A stretch of DNA of 64,000 nucleotides. It comes from Candidatus Competibacteraceae bacterium (GTDB taxonomy: Bacteria; Pseudomonadota; Gammaproteobacteria; Competibacterales; Competibacteraceae). Positions 18,875 through 28,111 of this stretch are shown here, one piece after another. The notes below the pieces were generated by a model. That model was given only the letters and a program-made list of their open reading frames with translations. It did no database searches and had not been told where the DNA came from. Position 1 is the first letter of the stretch. Each line of letters opens with the position of its first letter. A program made the translations under genes and the position numbers. The stretch lies in contig DATLYF010000126.1 in the NCBI GenBank assembly GCA_035575095.1, positions 3,230 through 67,229 of the forward strand, in the 5' to 3' direction.

Positions 18875-19666
18875 ATGGGCTACGAGACCATCCTGTTGGA
18901 GATCGCCGAGAGTGTCGCCACCCTGACCCTCAACCGCCCCGAGCGCCTCAACAGCTTCAATGCCCGAATGCACGAGGAGGTCCGCGACGCCCTCAAGCGG
19001 GTGCAGGGCGAGAAGACCGTGCGGGCGCTGCTACTCACCGGCGCCGGGCGCGGCTTCTGCGCGGGACAAGATCTGTCGGATCGCAATGTGGCGCCGGGGG
19101 CGGCGATGCCGGACCTCGGTGAGTCGATCGAGCGCAACTATAATCCCCTGATCCGCACCCTGCGCACCCTGGAGATACCAGTGGTCTGCGCGGTGAACGG
19201 GGTGGCCGCCGGTGCCGGGGCGAACCTTGCGCTGGCTTGCGACCTCGTGCTCGCCGCGCGTTCCGCGAGCTTCATCCAGGCCTTCTGCAAGATCGGGCTC
19301 ATTCCCGACTCCGGCGGTACCTGGATCCTGCCCCGCCTGGTGGGGCAGGCCCGGGCCATGGGGTTGGCGATGCTGGGCGACAAGGTGAGCGCCGAGCAAG
19401 CCGAGGCCTGGGGCATGATCTGGCGGTGCGTCGATGATGGGAAGCTCATGGACGAGGCCCAAGCCCTGGCCCGGCACCTCGCTACCCAGCCCACTCGGGG
19501 ACTCGCCCTGAGCAAACGCGCCCTCAACGCCTCCAGCACCAACACTCTGGACCAGCAACTGGATCTGGAGCGCGACTTCCAGCGCCTGGCGGGCCGCAGC
19601 GAGGACTATCGCGAGGGTGTCGCCGCCTTCATCGAGAAACGGCAACCGCTCTTCAAGGGGTGCTGA
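18875..19666 (+). CDS. Enoyl-CoA hydratase/isomerase (PaaG-like)
   Basis: 263 aa with FCAGQDL and GVAAGAGANLALACD. The N-terminus ETILLEIAESVATLTLNRPERLN is PaaG-like. Confidence 0.8.
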   Translation: MGYETILLEIAESVATLTLNRPERLNSFNARMHEEVRDALKRVQGEKTVRALLLTGAGRGFCAGQDLSDRNVAPGAAMPDLGESIERNYNPLIRTLRTLEIPVVCAVNGVAAGAGANLALACDLVLAARSASFIQAFCKIGLIPDSGGTWILPRLVGQARAMGLAMLGDKVSAEQAEAWGMIWRCVDDGKLMDEAQALARHLATQPTRGLALSKRALNASSTNTLDQQLDLERDFQRLAGRSEDYREGVAAFIEKRQPLFKGC

Positions 19667-19667
19667 G

Positions 19668-21185
19668 ATGAGTGCGCTACCGAGTACTACGACAGTCGCG
19701 GTGATTGGCGCCGGGACCATGGGGGGTGGCATCGCCCAGGTCGCCGCCGCGGCCGGGCATCCGGTGCTGCTGTTCGATGCCGCCGTAGGGGCGGCGGAGA
19801 AGGGGATGAGCCAGATCGCCAAGGGGCTGGATCGGCTGGTCGAGCGCGGCAAGCTGAGCGCGGCCGCGCGGGATGCCCTGCTGGGTCGTATCCGGCCGGT
19901 GGCACGCCTGGAGGATTTGGCCCCGGCGGGCTTGGTGATCGAGGCCATCGTCGAGGACCTGGACATCAAGCGCCAGGTCTTCGGCCAGTTGGAGGCGATC
20001 TGCGGCCCCGACACGATCTTTGGCACCAACACCTCCTCGATCTCGGTGACGGCCATCGGCGCCGCCCTAAAGCGTCCCGAGAGGCTCGTGGGGATGCACT
20101 TTTTCAACCCGGCCCCGGTGATGAAACTGGTGGAGGTGGTCAGCGGCCTGGCCACGGAGCGTACGGTGGCCGAAGCCGTCTACGCCACCGCCACGGCCTG
20201 GGGCAAGCACCCGGTGATGGCCCGCTCCACGCCGGGCTTTATCGTCAACCGGGTGGCCCGGCCGTTCTATGCCGAAGCCCTGCGCCTGCTCCAGGAGGGC
20301 GCCGCTGATGTCGCCACCCTCGATGCCATCATGAAGGAATCCGGGGGTTTTCGCATGGGGCCCTTCGAACTCATGGACCTGATCGGCCACGACGTCAATT
20401 TCGCCGTCACCCGCTCGGTGTTCGAGGCCTATTTCCACGATCCCCGCTTCCTGCCCAGTCTGATCCAGCAGGAGCTGGTGGCGGCGGGACGCCTCGGGCG
20501 CAAGTCCGGGCGGGGCTTCTACGACTACGCTGAGGGGGTGCAGCCCCCGGCGCCCGCAACGGCCGCGCCGGCATCCGCGCCGCGCCAGATCGCCGTGCGT
20601 GGCAGCCTGGGTGTAGCCGAGCCCCTGGTCGGGCGTTTGGAAAGGGCCGGGATCGCAGTCGTCCGGGAGGAGGGCGAAGGGCTCATCGCGGCGGGCCCAG
20701 CGCGGCTTGCCCTCACCGACGGCCGTCACGCCACGGTCCGGGCTGCCGAGGGCAGGCTGGAGGGGCTGGTGGTGTTCGATCTTGCGCTCGATTACGGCAA
20801 CGCAACCCGCATCGCACTTGCGTCTGCGGATCAGACCGGGCCCGAGGCGGTGCAGGCGGCGGTGGGTCTGTTCCAGGCCGCAGGGCTTGCGGTCTCCCTC
20901 ATCGATGACGTGCCGGGGATGGTGGTGCTGCGCACCGTCTGCATGCTGGCCAACGAGGCGGCCGATGCGGTCAATCAACAGGTCTGCAGCGCTCGGGATG
21001 TGGATATCGCCATGCAGGGCGGTGTGAATTACCCGCGCGGACCCCTCGCCTGGGCGCAAGCCATCGGCCTGCCCAAGGTGCTGGAGGTGCTGGACAATCT
21101 CGCCCGCGCCTACGGCGAGGATCGCTATCGAGCCTCGCCCCTGTTGCGGCGCAAGGTTAGCGCGGGCAGGTCGTTTCAGGACTGA
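19668..21185 (+). CDS. paaH: 3-hydroxyacyl-CoA dehydrogenase, long PaaH type
   Basis: Start at MSALPS one nt after the preceding stop. Rossmann VIGAGTMGGGIA, about 505 aa with the extra C-terminal domain typical of PaaH. Confidence 0.85.
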   Translation: MSALPSTTTVAVIGAGTMGGGIAQVAAAAGHPVLLFDAAVGAAEKGMSQIAKGLDRLVERGKLSAAARDALLGRIRPVARLEDLAPAGLVIEAIVEDLDIKRQVFGQLEAICGPDTIFGTNTSSISVTAIGAALKRPERLVGMHFFNPAPVMKLVEVVSGLATERTVAEAVYATATAWGKHPVMARSTPGFIVNRVARPFYAEALRLLQEGAADVATLDAIMKESGGFRMGPFELMDLIGHDVNFAVTRSVFEAYFHDPRFLPSLIQQELVAAGRLGRKSGRGFYDYAEGVQPPAPATAAPASAPRQIAVRGSLGVAEPLVGRLERAGIAVVREEGEGLIAAGPARLALTDGRHATVRAAEGRLEGLVVFDLALDYGNATRIALASADQTGPEAVQAAVGLFQAAGLAVSLIDDVPGMVVLRTVCMLANEAADAVNQQVCSARDVDIAMQGGVNYPRGPLAWAQAIGLPKVLEVLDNLARAYGEDRYRASPLLRRKVSAGRSFQD

Positions 21186-21212
21186 ACCGAATCCCTAACC
21201 CGAGATAGAACC

Positions 21213-22418
21213 ATGCAAGACGCTTATATCTGTGACGCCGTCCGCACTCCCATCGGCCGCTACGGTGGCGCCCTGTCCTCAGTACGCGCCGACGACCTCG
21301 GCGCCATCCCGCTGAAGGCCCTGATGGAACGTAATCCCCGTGTCGACTGGAATGCCGTGGAGGACGTGATCTTCGGCTGCGCCAACCAGGCGGGCGAGGA
21401 TAACCGCAACGTAGCCCGCATGTCCGCCCTGTTGGCCGGGCTGCCGGTGGAGGTGCCTGGCACCACGGTGAACCGCCTGTGCGGCTCTGGGATGGACGCG
21501 GTAGGCATCGCTGCGCGCGCCATCAAGGCCGGCGAGACCGCATTGATGATAGCTGGCGGTGTAGAGTCCATGTCCCGTGCCCCCTTCGTCATGGGCAAGG
21601 CCGAGACAGCCTTCTCCCGCCAGGCCGAGATCCACGACACCACCATCGGCTGGCGTTTCGTCAACCGGCTGATGAAGGAGCGCTATGGTGTAGACTCCAT
21701 GCCCCAGACGGCGGATAACGTGGCCGAGGAGTTCGGCATCGCCCGCGAGGATCAGGACGCCTTCGCCTTGAGGAGCCAGCAGCGCTGGGTCGCCGCCTTC
21801 AAGGCTGGCTGCTTCCAAGATGAGATCGTGCCGGTGACCATCCCTCAGCGCAAGGGCGAGCCGATCGTCTTCGACACCGACGAGCACCCCCGCCCCGACA
21901 CCACCTTGGAGGGCTTGGCCCGGCTCAAGGCTGTGAACGGCCCGGACAAGACCGTCACCGCCGGCAACGCCTCGGGGGTGAACGACGGCGCTTGCGCCCT
22001 GCTGCTCGCCTCGGAGCAGGCCGTCTCGAGGCATGGGCTCACCCCCAAGGCCCGGGTGGTGGCCATGGCGACGGCGGGCGTGGCGCCGCGGATCATGGGC
22101 TTCGGCCCGGCCCCGGCCACCCGCAAGGTGCTGGCCAAGGCGGGGCTCACCCTGCAGCAAATGGACGTGATCGAACTCAACGAGGCCTTCGCCGCTCAGG
22201 CCCTGGCAGTGACCCGGGACCTGGGGCTGGCGGACGACGCCGCCCACGTCAACCCCAACGGCGGGGCCATCGCCCTGGGCCATCCCTTAGGGATGAGCGG
22301 GGCGCGGCTGGTGACGACCGCCATGTACCAGCTCCATCGCACTGGCGGGCGCTATGCCCTGTGCACCATGTGCATCGGTGTCGGTCAAGGCATCGCGATG
22401 ATCATCGAGCGGGTTTGA
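21213..22418 (+). CDS. 3-oxoadipyl-CoA thiolase (PaaJ/PcaF type)
   Basis: 401 aa with active-site Cys in [10 protein letters not shown], plus [10 protein letters not shown] and CIGVGQG. Confidence 0.9.
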   Translation: MQDAYICDAVRTPIGRYGGALSSVRADDLGAIPLKALMERNPRVDWNAVEDVIFGCANQAGEDNRNVARMSALLAGLPVEVPGTTVNRLCGSGMDAVGIAARAIKAGETALMIAGGVESMSRAPFVMGKAETAFSRQAEIHDTTIGWRFVNRLMKERYGVDSMPQTADNVAEEFGIAREDQDAFALRSQQRWVAAFKAGCFQDEIVPVTIPQRKGEPIVFDTDEHPRPDTTLEGLARLKAVNGPDKTVTAGNASGVNDGACALLLASEQAVSRHGLTPKARVVAMATAGVAPRIMGFGPAPATRKVLAKAGLTLQQMDVIELNEAFAAQALAVTRDLGLADDAAHVNPNGGAIALGHPLGMSGARLVTTAMYQLHRTGGRYALCTMCIGVGQGIAMIIERV

Positions 22419-22600
22419 GGGTATAACCCGCGGCCTGCCTTTACTGTGTGATCAAACATCTGGCATGAGATCGAACAGCGCGCTGCAGGGTGCGGAACCG
22501 GCAAGTGGAGCCACGGTCTGCGTCGCACCGGATGACGGCGAGCCGCTCGCAGCGCACCCCACCATGTCGAGGGCTTCGCGAGAAATTAAGAGAGCCACGG

Positions 22601-23000
22601 TCAGGTGTCCTTGACCGGCGTGATCAGTTCCACCGTCGGAAAGCAGGCGCGGTAACGCTTGGCATCCCGGCTCAGCACCGGCTAGCCGGCGACTGCCGCG
22701 TGTGCGCCGATGAAGAAGTCGGCTAGCACATTGCTCTTCGTCCCGCCCCTCTGGCGATAACGCGCAACAGCCTTGCCAGCCAGGAATAGGGCGGGTCGCA
22801 CCGAACCCAAGTTTTTGATAGGCCACCTCGTCCTTCCCAACTACGCCATCCTTGCGATCCCAGCACTTGTTTCAGGCAGGAGCGCTGACGTTCCGCAGGC
22901 CAAAGGATAGCCTCGATGCTGCACTATTTTTCTTCTTGTGCATCGTAGTGCTGGGTGATGAGGGGTGAGCACAAGCCATTCCATGCGTGCGTGGGGCAAG
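22601..23000 (-). pseudogene. VapC-type PIN-domain toxin pseudogene with at least two in-frame TAG stops
   Basis: Reverse frame reads ...LPETSAGIARMA*LGRTRWPIKNLGSVRPALFLAGKAVARYRQRGGTKSNVLADFFIGAHAAVAG*PVLSRDAKRYRACFPTVELITPVKDT-stop. The FLAGKA...YR.RGG...DFFIGAHAAV...LL(T/S)RD..RY..YFP motif is typical of one VapC subfamily. Stops are at 22841-22843 and 22682-22684. The 5' limit is uncertain. Confidence 0.55.
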
Positions 23001-23038
23001 CCGGGAGGCAATACAAGAAGAAAAATGCATTTTAGTTC

Positions 23039-23066
23039 TTGAAATATGATTTTGTTGCAATATAAT
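23039..23066 (+). promoter_or_regulatory. Sigma-70-like promoter of the boxCBA unit with flanking TGCA motifs
   Basis: TTGAAA (23039-23044), 16 nt, TATAAT (23061-23066), ~50 nt upstream of the boxC ATG. TGCA occurs at 23026 and 23056 (abutting the -10) and further upstream at 22920 and 22939. Confidence 0.4.
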
Positions 23067-23114
23067 TCATAGCCATCTCCCCGAGATGCAGCCGCAACCG
23101 CGAGGACCAAGAGG

Positions 23115-24764
23115 ATGATCGACTTTCAGACCCACCCCGACCGCTACAAGCACTGGAAGCTGTCATTCGACGGCCCGGTCGCTTACCTGACCATGGATGT
23201 CGCCGAGTCCGGTGGCCTGTTCCCCGGCTATGACCTGAAGATGAATTCCTATGATCTCGGCGTCGACATCGAGCTCTACGATGCCGCGCAGCGCCTGCGC
23301 TTCGAGCATCCCGAGGTGCGTGCCGTGGTTCTGCGCTCGGCCAAGAACCGGATCTTCTGCGCCGGTGCCAACATCCGCATGCTGGGCAAGTCCAGCCATG
23401 CCCACAAGGTGAATTTTTGCAAGTTCACCAACGAGACCCGCAACTTCATCGAGGATGCAAGCGAGTTCTCCGGGCAGCGCTATATCTGCGCCGTAAATGG
23501 AACCGCGGCCGGTGGCGGCTACGAGCTCGCACTCGCTACCGACTACATCATGCTGGTCGATGACGGTAACGCCGCAGTGTCCCTGCCCGAGGTGCCGTTG
23601 CTCGCAGTGCTGCCCGGCACCGGCGGCCTCACCCGTCTGGTCGACAAGCGCAAGGTGCGCCGAGACCTCGCCGATGTCTTCTGCACCATCGAGGAAGGCG
23701 TGCGGGGGCAGAAGGCCGTGGATTGGCGCCTGGTCGATGAGGTGATACCGAACTCCCGGTTCGCCGAGACGGTCCACGAGCGTGCGCTGGAGTTCGCCGC
23801 GAAGTCGGATCGCCCCACCGATGCCAAGGGCATCGAGCTCAAGCCGCTTGTGCGCGACATCGGTGCCGACACCGTGCGCTATCCCCACCTCGAGGTGGAG
23901 CTCGACCGCGCCAAGCGCATCGTGACCCTCACGCTGTATGGCCCGAGCGCCGAGGCTCCGAAGACCGTCGAGGCGATCCAGGCCCAGGGTGTCGAGTTCT
24001 GGCCGCTGGCGCTCGCTCGCGAGCTCGATGATGCGATCCTGCACCTGCGTCTCAACGAGCCCGAGCTCGGCACCTGGGTCTTCAAGTCCCAGGGCGAGCT
24101 CGATCGGGTCGCCGGCTACGACACGCTGCTCGCCGCCCATGCCGACCACTGGCTGGTGCGCGAGATCGTGCTCTACTGGAAGCGCACCCTCAAGCGCATC
24201 GATGTCACCTCCCGCTCGATCGTCACGCTGGTGGAGCCCGGCAGCTGCTTTGCAGGGATTCTTGCCGAGCTCGTGTTCGCGGCGGACCGCAGCTACATGC
24301 TCGAGGGCCGGTTCGAGGGCGATGACACGCCCCCGGCGGTGATCCGCCTCAACGGCTTCAACTTCGGTCCGATGCCCATGGTCAACGGCCTGTCCCGGCT
24401 GGCGACCCGGTTCCTGGGAGAGCCCGGCAGCCTGGAGGCGGCTAGGGCGCTGATTGGTCAGGATCTGGACGCCGAGGCTGCGCTCAAGGCCGGCTTGGTG
24501 ACCTTCGCTCCGGATGACATCGACTGGGCCGACGAGATCCGTCTTCTGCTTGAAGAGCGCTCGAGCTTCTCCCCGGACGCCATGATCGGCATGGAGGCGA
24601 ATCTGCGCTTCGCCGGTCCCGAAACCATGGAGAGCAAGATCTTCGGGCGCCTGAGCGCCTGGCAAAACTGGATCTTCCAGCGCCCGAACGCCGTCGGTGA
24701 TAAGGGCGCCCTGAAGCTGTACGGCACTGGTGCCCGTCCTGAGTACAACCAAGAGAGGGTTTGA
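23115..24764 (+). CDS. boxC: 2,3-epoxybenzoyl-CoA dihydrolase / benzoyl-CoA-dihydrodiol lyase
   Basis: 549-aa double crotonase-fold protein. The N-terminus MIDFQTHPDRYKHWKLSFDGPVAYL and the boxC-boxB-boxA order match the described box operon. Confidence 0.9.
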   Translation: MIDFQTHPDRYKHWKLSFDGPVAYLTMDVAESGGLFPGYDLKMNSYDLGVDIELYDAAQRLRFEHPEVRAVVLRSAKNRIFCAGANIRMLGKSSHAHKVNFCKFTNETRNFIEDASEFSGQRYICAVNGTAAGGGYELALATDYIMLVDDGNAAVSLPEVPLLAVLPGTGGLTRLVDKRKVRRDLADVFCTIEEGVRGQKAVDWRLVDEVIPNSRFAETVHERALEFAAKSDRPTDAKGIELKPLVRDIGADTVRYPHLEVELDRAKRIVTLTLYGPSAEAPKTVEAIQAQGVEFWPLALARELDDAILHLRLNEPELGTWVFKSQGELDRVAGYDTLLAAHADHWLVREIVLYWKRTLKRIDVTSRSIVTLVEPGSCFAGILAELVFAADRSYMLEGRFEGDDTPPAVIRLNGFNFGPMPMVNGLSRLATRFLGEPGSLEAARALIGQDLDAEAALKAGLVTFAPDDIDWADEIRLLLEERSSFSPDAMIGMEANLRFAGPETMESKIFGRLSAWQNWIFQRPNAVGDKGALKLYGTGARPEYNQERV

Positions 24765-24767
24765 GCA

Positions 24768-26219
24768 ATGAGCGAAGCGATCGTTGAAGTCAACTATGAC
24801 GACCTGATCCCCAACAATGTCGACCTGTCCAGCGACCGCCGTTTGAAGAAAGCGCTGGAGGAATGGCACCCCGGCTATATCGACTGGTGGAAGGACATGG
24901 GCCCCGAGGGCTTCCAGGACGCTGATGTCTACCTGCGGACCGCAGTCGGCGTTGATCCCCAGGGCTGGGCCAAGTTCGGTTACGTGAAAATGCCCGAGTA
25001 CCGCTGGGGTATCCTGCTCGCCCCCAAGGAGGAGGGGCGCACTATCCCGTTCGGCAAGCACAAGGGCGAGCCCGCCTGGCAGGAAGTGCCCGGCGAGTAT
25101 CGTGCCCTGCTGCGGCGGCTGATTGTGATCCAAGGCGACACGGAGCCTGCCTCGGTGGAGCAGCAGCGCCATCTGGGCAAGACCTGCCCCTCGCTGTACG
25201 ACCTGCGCAACCTCTTCCAGGTCAACGTCGAGGAGGGCCGCCACCTCTGGGCGATGGTCTACCTGCTGATGAGGTACTTCGGCCGTGATGGCCGCGAGGA
25301 GGCCGAGGCTTTGCTCGCCCGCCGCTCCGGAAGCCAGGACAAGCCCCGCATCTTGGGCGCCTTCAACGAGGCGACCCCCGACTGGCTGTCGTTCTTCATG
25401 TTCACCTACTTCACCGATCGCGACGGCAAGATGCAATTGGAATCCCTGGCGCAGTCCGGGTTCGATCCGCTGTCGCGCACCTGCCGCTTCATGCTGACTG
25501 AGGAAGCGCATCACATGTTCGTGGGTGAGACCGGGGTGGGGCGCACCATCGAGCGCACCTGCCAGGCGATGAAAGAGGCGGGCATCACCAACCCTTACGA
25601 CATCGCGGCGGTGCGTAAGCTGGGTGTCATCGACCTGCCCACCATCCAGAAGAAGGCGAATTTCCACTATGCCGTGACCCTGGATCTGTTCGGTGCCGAG
25701 GTCTCCACCAACGCCGCCGCGGCCTTCGAGGCCGGGCTCAAGGGGCGGTTCCAGGAGACCAAGATCGACGATGATCATCAGCTGCACAACGCGACCTACC
25801 CGGTCCTGAAGCTGGTCGACGGCGAGTTCAAGCTGGTCGATGAGCCGGCACTGAATGCCCTGAATGCGCGCCTGCGCGACGATTACACCAAGGATGCCCA
25901 GGGCGGCGTCACTCGCTGGAACAAGATCATCAGCAAGCTCGGCATCGACTTCGAACTGAAGCTCCCGCATCCGGCCTTCAACCGCCGCGTGGGCGAGTTC
26001 AAGGGCCTGTTCGTCAGCCCCGCCGGCGAGATCCTGTCCGAAGCCGAGTGGAATGCCCGCAAGGATGAGTGGCTGGCCACCCCCGAGGACCTGCAATACA
26101 TCAACTCCCTGATGAAGCCGGTCACCGAACCCGGTAAGTACGCGGGCTGGATCGCGCCCCCAAAGGTAGGCATCGACAACAAGCCGGGGGACTTCGAGTA
26201 CGTGCGTCTGCACGCGTGA
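24768..26219 (+). CDS. boxB: Benzoyl-CoA 2,3-epoxidase, di-iron oxygenase subunit
   Basis: 483 aa with two carboxylate-bridged di-iron ExxH motifs (EEGRH, EEAHH). The start is 3 nt after the boxC stop. Confidence 0.9.
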   Translation: MSEAIVEVNYDDLIPNNVDLSSDRRLKKALEEWHPGYIDWWKDMGPEGFQDADVYLRTAVGVDPQGWAKFGYVKMPEYRWGILLAPKEEGRTIPFGKHKGEPAWQEVPGEYRALLRRLIVIQGDTEPASVEQQRHLGKTCPSLYDLRNLFQVNVEEGRHLWAMVYLLMRYFGRDGREEAEALLARRSGSQDKPRILGAFNEATPDWLSFFMFTYFTDRDGKMQLESLAQSGFDPLSRTCRFMLTEEAHHMFVGETGVGRTIERTCQAMKEAGITNPYDIAAVRKLGVIDLPTIQKKANFHYAVTLDLFGAEVSTNAAAAFEAGLKGRFQETKIDDDHQLHNATYPVLKLVDGEFKLVDEPALNALNARLRDDYTKDAQGGVTRWNKIISKLGIDFELKLPHPAFNRRVGEFKGLFVSPAGEILSEAEWNARKDEWLATPEDLQYINSLMKPVTEPGKYAGWIAPPKVGIDNKPGDFEYVRLHA

Positions 26220-26236
26220 GCATCGCCAGGAGAAAA

Positions 26237-26257
26237 GGGGGCGGCGCTGCCGCCCCC
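26237..26257 (+). other. Perfect 9-bp GC stem-loop in the boxB-boxA intercistronic spacer
   Basis: GGGGGCGGC-gct-GCCGCCCCC, 18 nt after the boxB stop. There is no U-tract. Confidence 0.35.
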
Positions 26258-26315
26258 TGCGTACCCGTCCCTCAAGGCCCTAGAGAGGTCCTCGCGCTGG
26301 GACGCAGGAGAAACC

Positions 26316-27524
26316 ATGAAGCCGATACGTCAGCATCTGATCGACCCGGAGATCTGCATTCGCTGCAATACCTGCGAGGAGACCTGCCCGGTCGATGCCA
26401 TCACCCACAACGACGTCAACTACGTGGTCGATGTCAACAAATGCAACTACTGCATGGATTGCATCAGCCCGTGTCCGACAGGGGCCATCGACAACTGGCG
26501 ACTGGTGACGCAGCCCTACAGTCTCGAAGAGCAGTTCGGTTGGGAAGAACTGCCACCCGATACGCTACCGGCTGGTGTTTCGGAAGAAGAGCGGGAGGCC
26601 TTAGAGAATGAGGCCACTGAGATCCTAGAGGTTGCCCATGCCGGCCAGGGCGGACGGGTAGTGCCGCCATTCTCGGCTGCACACCCTTACATCAACCTCT
26701 ACTCCCGCGAGGCTCCGGCCCGCGCCACGGTAGTGGGCAACTACCGGATCACCGATCCGCAGGCCGAATCCGACATCCATCACATCGTCCTGGACTTCGG
26801 CAAGACCGCCTTCCCGGTGCTGGAGGGCCAAAGCATCGGCATCATCCCGCCCGGAGTGGACGAGAAAGGCCGCCCGCACCTGGTGCGCCTCTATTCCGTG
26901 GCGAGCCCCCGCGACGGCGAGCGTCCCAAGCACAACAACGTGGCACTCACCGTCAAGCGCGTGCGCTACGAGCAGGACGGGGAGATCCATTACGGAGTGG
27001 CTTCCAACTACGTCTGCGACCTGCAAAAGGGCGATGAAGTACTGGTGACCGGGCCGTTCGGCAATACCTTTCTGATGCCCAACCACCCGACGGCCAACAT
27101 CATCATGATCTGCACCGGCACGGGGGCCGCTCCCTTCCGAGCGATGACCGAGCGTCGCCGCCGGCACCTGCCGGAGGCCCCGGGCAAGCTCCTGCTCTTC
27201 TTCGGCGCCCGCACTCCGGGGGAGCTGCCCTACTTCGGGCCGCTGATGAAGCTGCCCCACAGCCTGATCGACAAGGAGCTGGTCTTCTCCCGCGCGCCCG
27301 ATCAGCCCAAGGAGTACGTGCAGGACCGCATGCGCAGCCGGGCCGCCGATATCGCCCGCTTGCTCGAGAGCGAGGACACCTACGTCTTCATCTGCGGCCT
27401 GAAGGGCATGGAGCAGGGCGTGACCGAGTCCTTCGACGCCATCTGCCGCGAGCACGGCCTCGACTGGGGCAGGCTGCTGCCTCGAATGCGCCAGACAGGG
27501 AGATACCATGTCGAGACCTACTGA
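26316..27524 (+). CDS. boxA: Benzoyl-CoA epoxidase reductase subunit (2x[4Fe-4S] ferredoxin fused to an FNR-like domain)
   Basis: [12 protein letters not shown] and [12 protein letters not shown] cluster motifs, RLYSVAS FAD motif and [14 protein letters not shown] motif. Confidence 0.9.
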   Translation: MKPIRQHLIDPEICIRCNTCEETCPVDAITHNDVNYVVDVNKCNYCMDCISPCPTGAIDNWRLVTQPYSLEEQFGWEELPPDTLPAGVSEEEREALENEATEILEVAHAGQGGRVVPPFSAAHPYINLYSREAPARATVVGNYRITDPQAESDIHHIVLDFGKTAFPVLEGQSIGIIPPGVDEKGRPHLVRLYSVASPRDGERPKHNNVALTVKRVRYEQDGEIHYGVASNYVCDLQKGDEVLVTGPFGNTFLMPNHPTANIIMICTGTGAAPFRAMTERRRRHLPEAPGKLLLFFGARTPGELPYFGPLMKLPHSLIDKELVFSRAPDQPKEYVQDRMRSRAADIARLLESEDTYVFICGLKGMEQGVTESFDAICREHGLDWGRLLPRMRQTGRYHVETY

Positions 27525-27531
27525 GGCTGCG

Positions 27532-27969
27532 ATGCTGGCCCCGTATGTTCATCCTCGGGTGATCAAGTGGGGGGACACGGACGCCGCTCACATCGCCTAC
27601 ACCGTGCGGTTCTTCGATTTCGCCATGGAGGCCATCGAAGGCTGGTTTCGGAACGTGCTCGGCATCGACTGGTACCGGCTGAACATGGACCTGCACATGG
27701 GCACGCCGTTCGTTCAGGTCAACATGGACATCATGGCCCCTCTTACCCCCAGGGATGAGCTGCGCATGATAGTTCTGGTGGAAAAGATGGGGCGTTCCTC
27801 GCTCGCTTTCGGGATCCGGGGGGAGCGCACAGACGGAGTTTCCAGCTTCAAGGCTCGCTTCGTCTGCAGCCTGGTGGATAACCGGGCCATGAAGTCGATC
27901 CCGATCCCTCCGGAATTCCGCGCACGCATCGAACACTACATGGAGGCCTGTGCCGCATGTTCCGCTTGA
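27532..27969 (+). CDS. Hot-dog fold (4HBT-type) acyl-CoA thioesterase
   Basis: About 145 aa with VIKWGDTDAAHIAYTVRFF, typical of the 4HBT/YbgC family. The ORF opens at 27508 and overlaps the boxA end, so the start may be 27508 or 27532. Confidence 0.75.
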   Translation: MLAPYVHPRVIKWGDTDAAHIAYTVRFFDFAMEAIEGWFRNVLGIDWYRLNMDLHMGTPFVQVNMDIMAPLTPRDELRMIVLVEKMGRSSLAFGIRGERTDGVSSFKARFVCSLVDNRAMKSIPIPPEFRARIEHYMEACAACSA

Positions 27970-28111
27970 ACGGAACTGCAGGGGGATGTTTTTTATTCTT
28001 GTATGCATTATAAATCATTTTTTTATGTGGAAATGGAAACATAATTCTTATAACATGCCCTGGCTTGCAACATTTCCACAAGAACCAGCCACGTTGGAGG
28101 AGAAGAGGACG

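Noticed and set aside
23163-26213. 1016-aa reverse-strand ORF, the longest ORF in the track
   Set aside because: It lies entirely antisense to boxC and boxB, which carry clear family motifs and tight operon spacing. Its translation is low-complexity Ala/Gly/Arg/Leu-rich with no recognisable motif. It is a typical stop-poor shadow frame in high-GC DNA.
28055-28075. A sigma-54-like TGGC...TTGCA upstream of the binding-protein gene
   Set aside because: The GG and GC elements are not at the required 10-nt spacing.
27950-28111. The N-terminal 54 codons of the listed 451-aa ORF (MPHVPLERNCRGMFFILVCIINHFF...)
   Set aside because: The stretch is AT-rich and has no RBS. It precedes a good GGAGGA-ATG start followed by a signal peptide, and it overlaps the thioesterase stop, so I treat it as a promoter/leader region.
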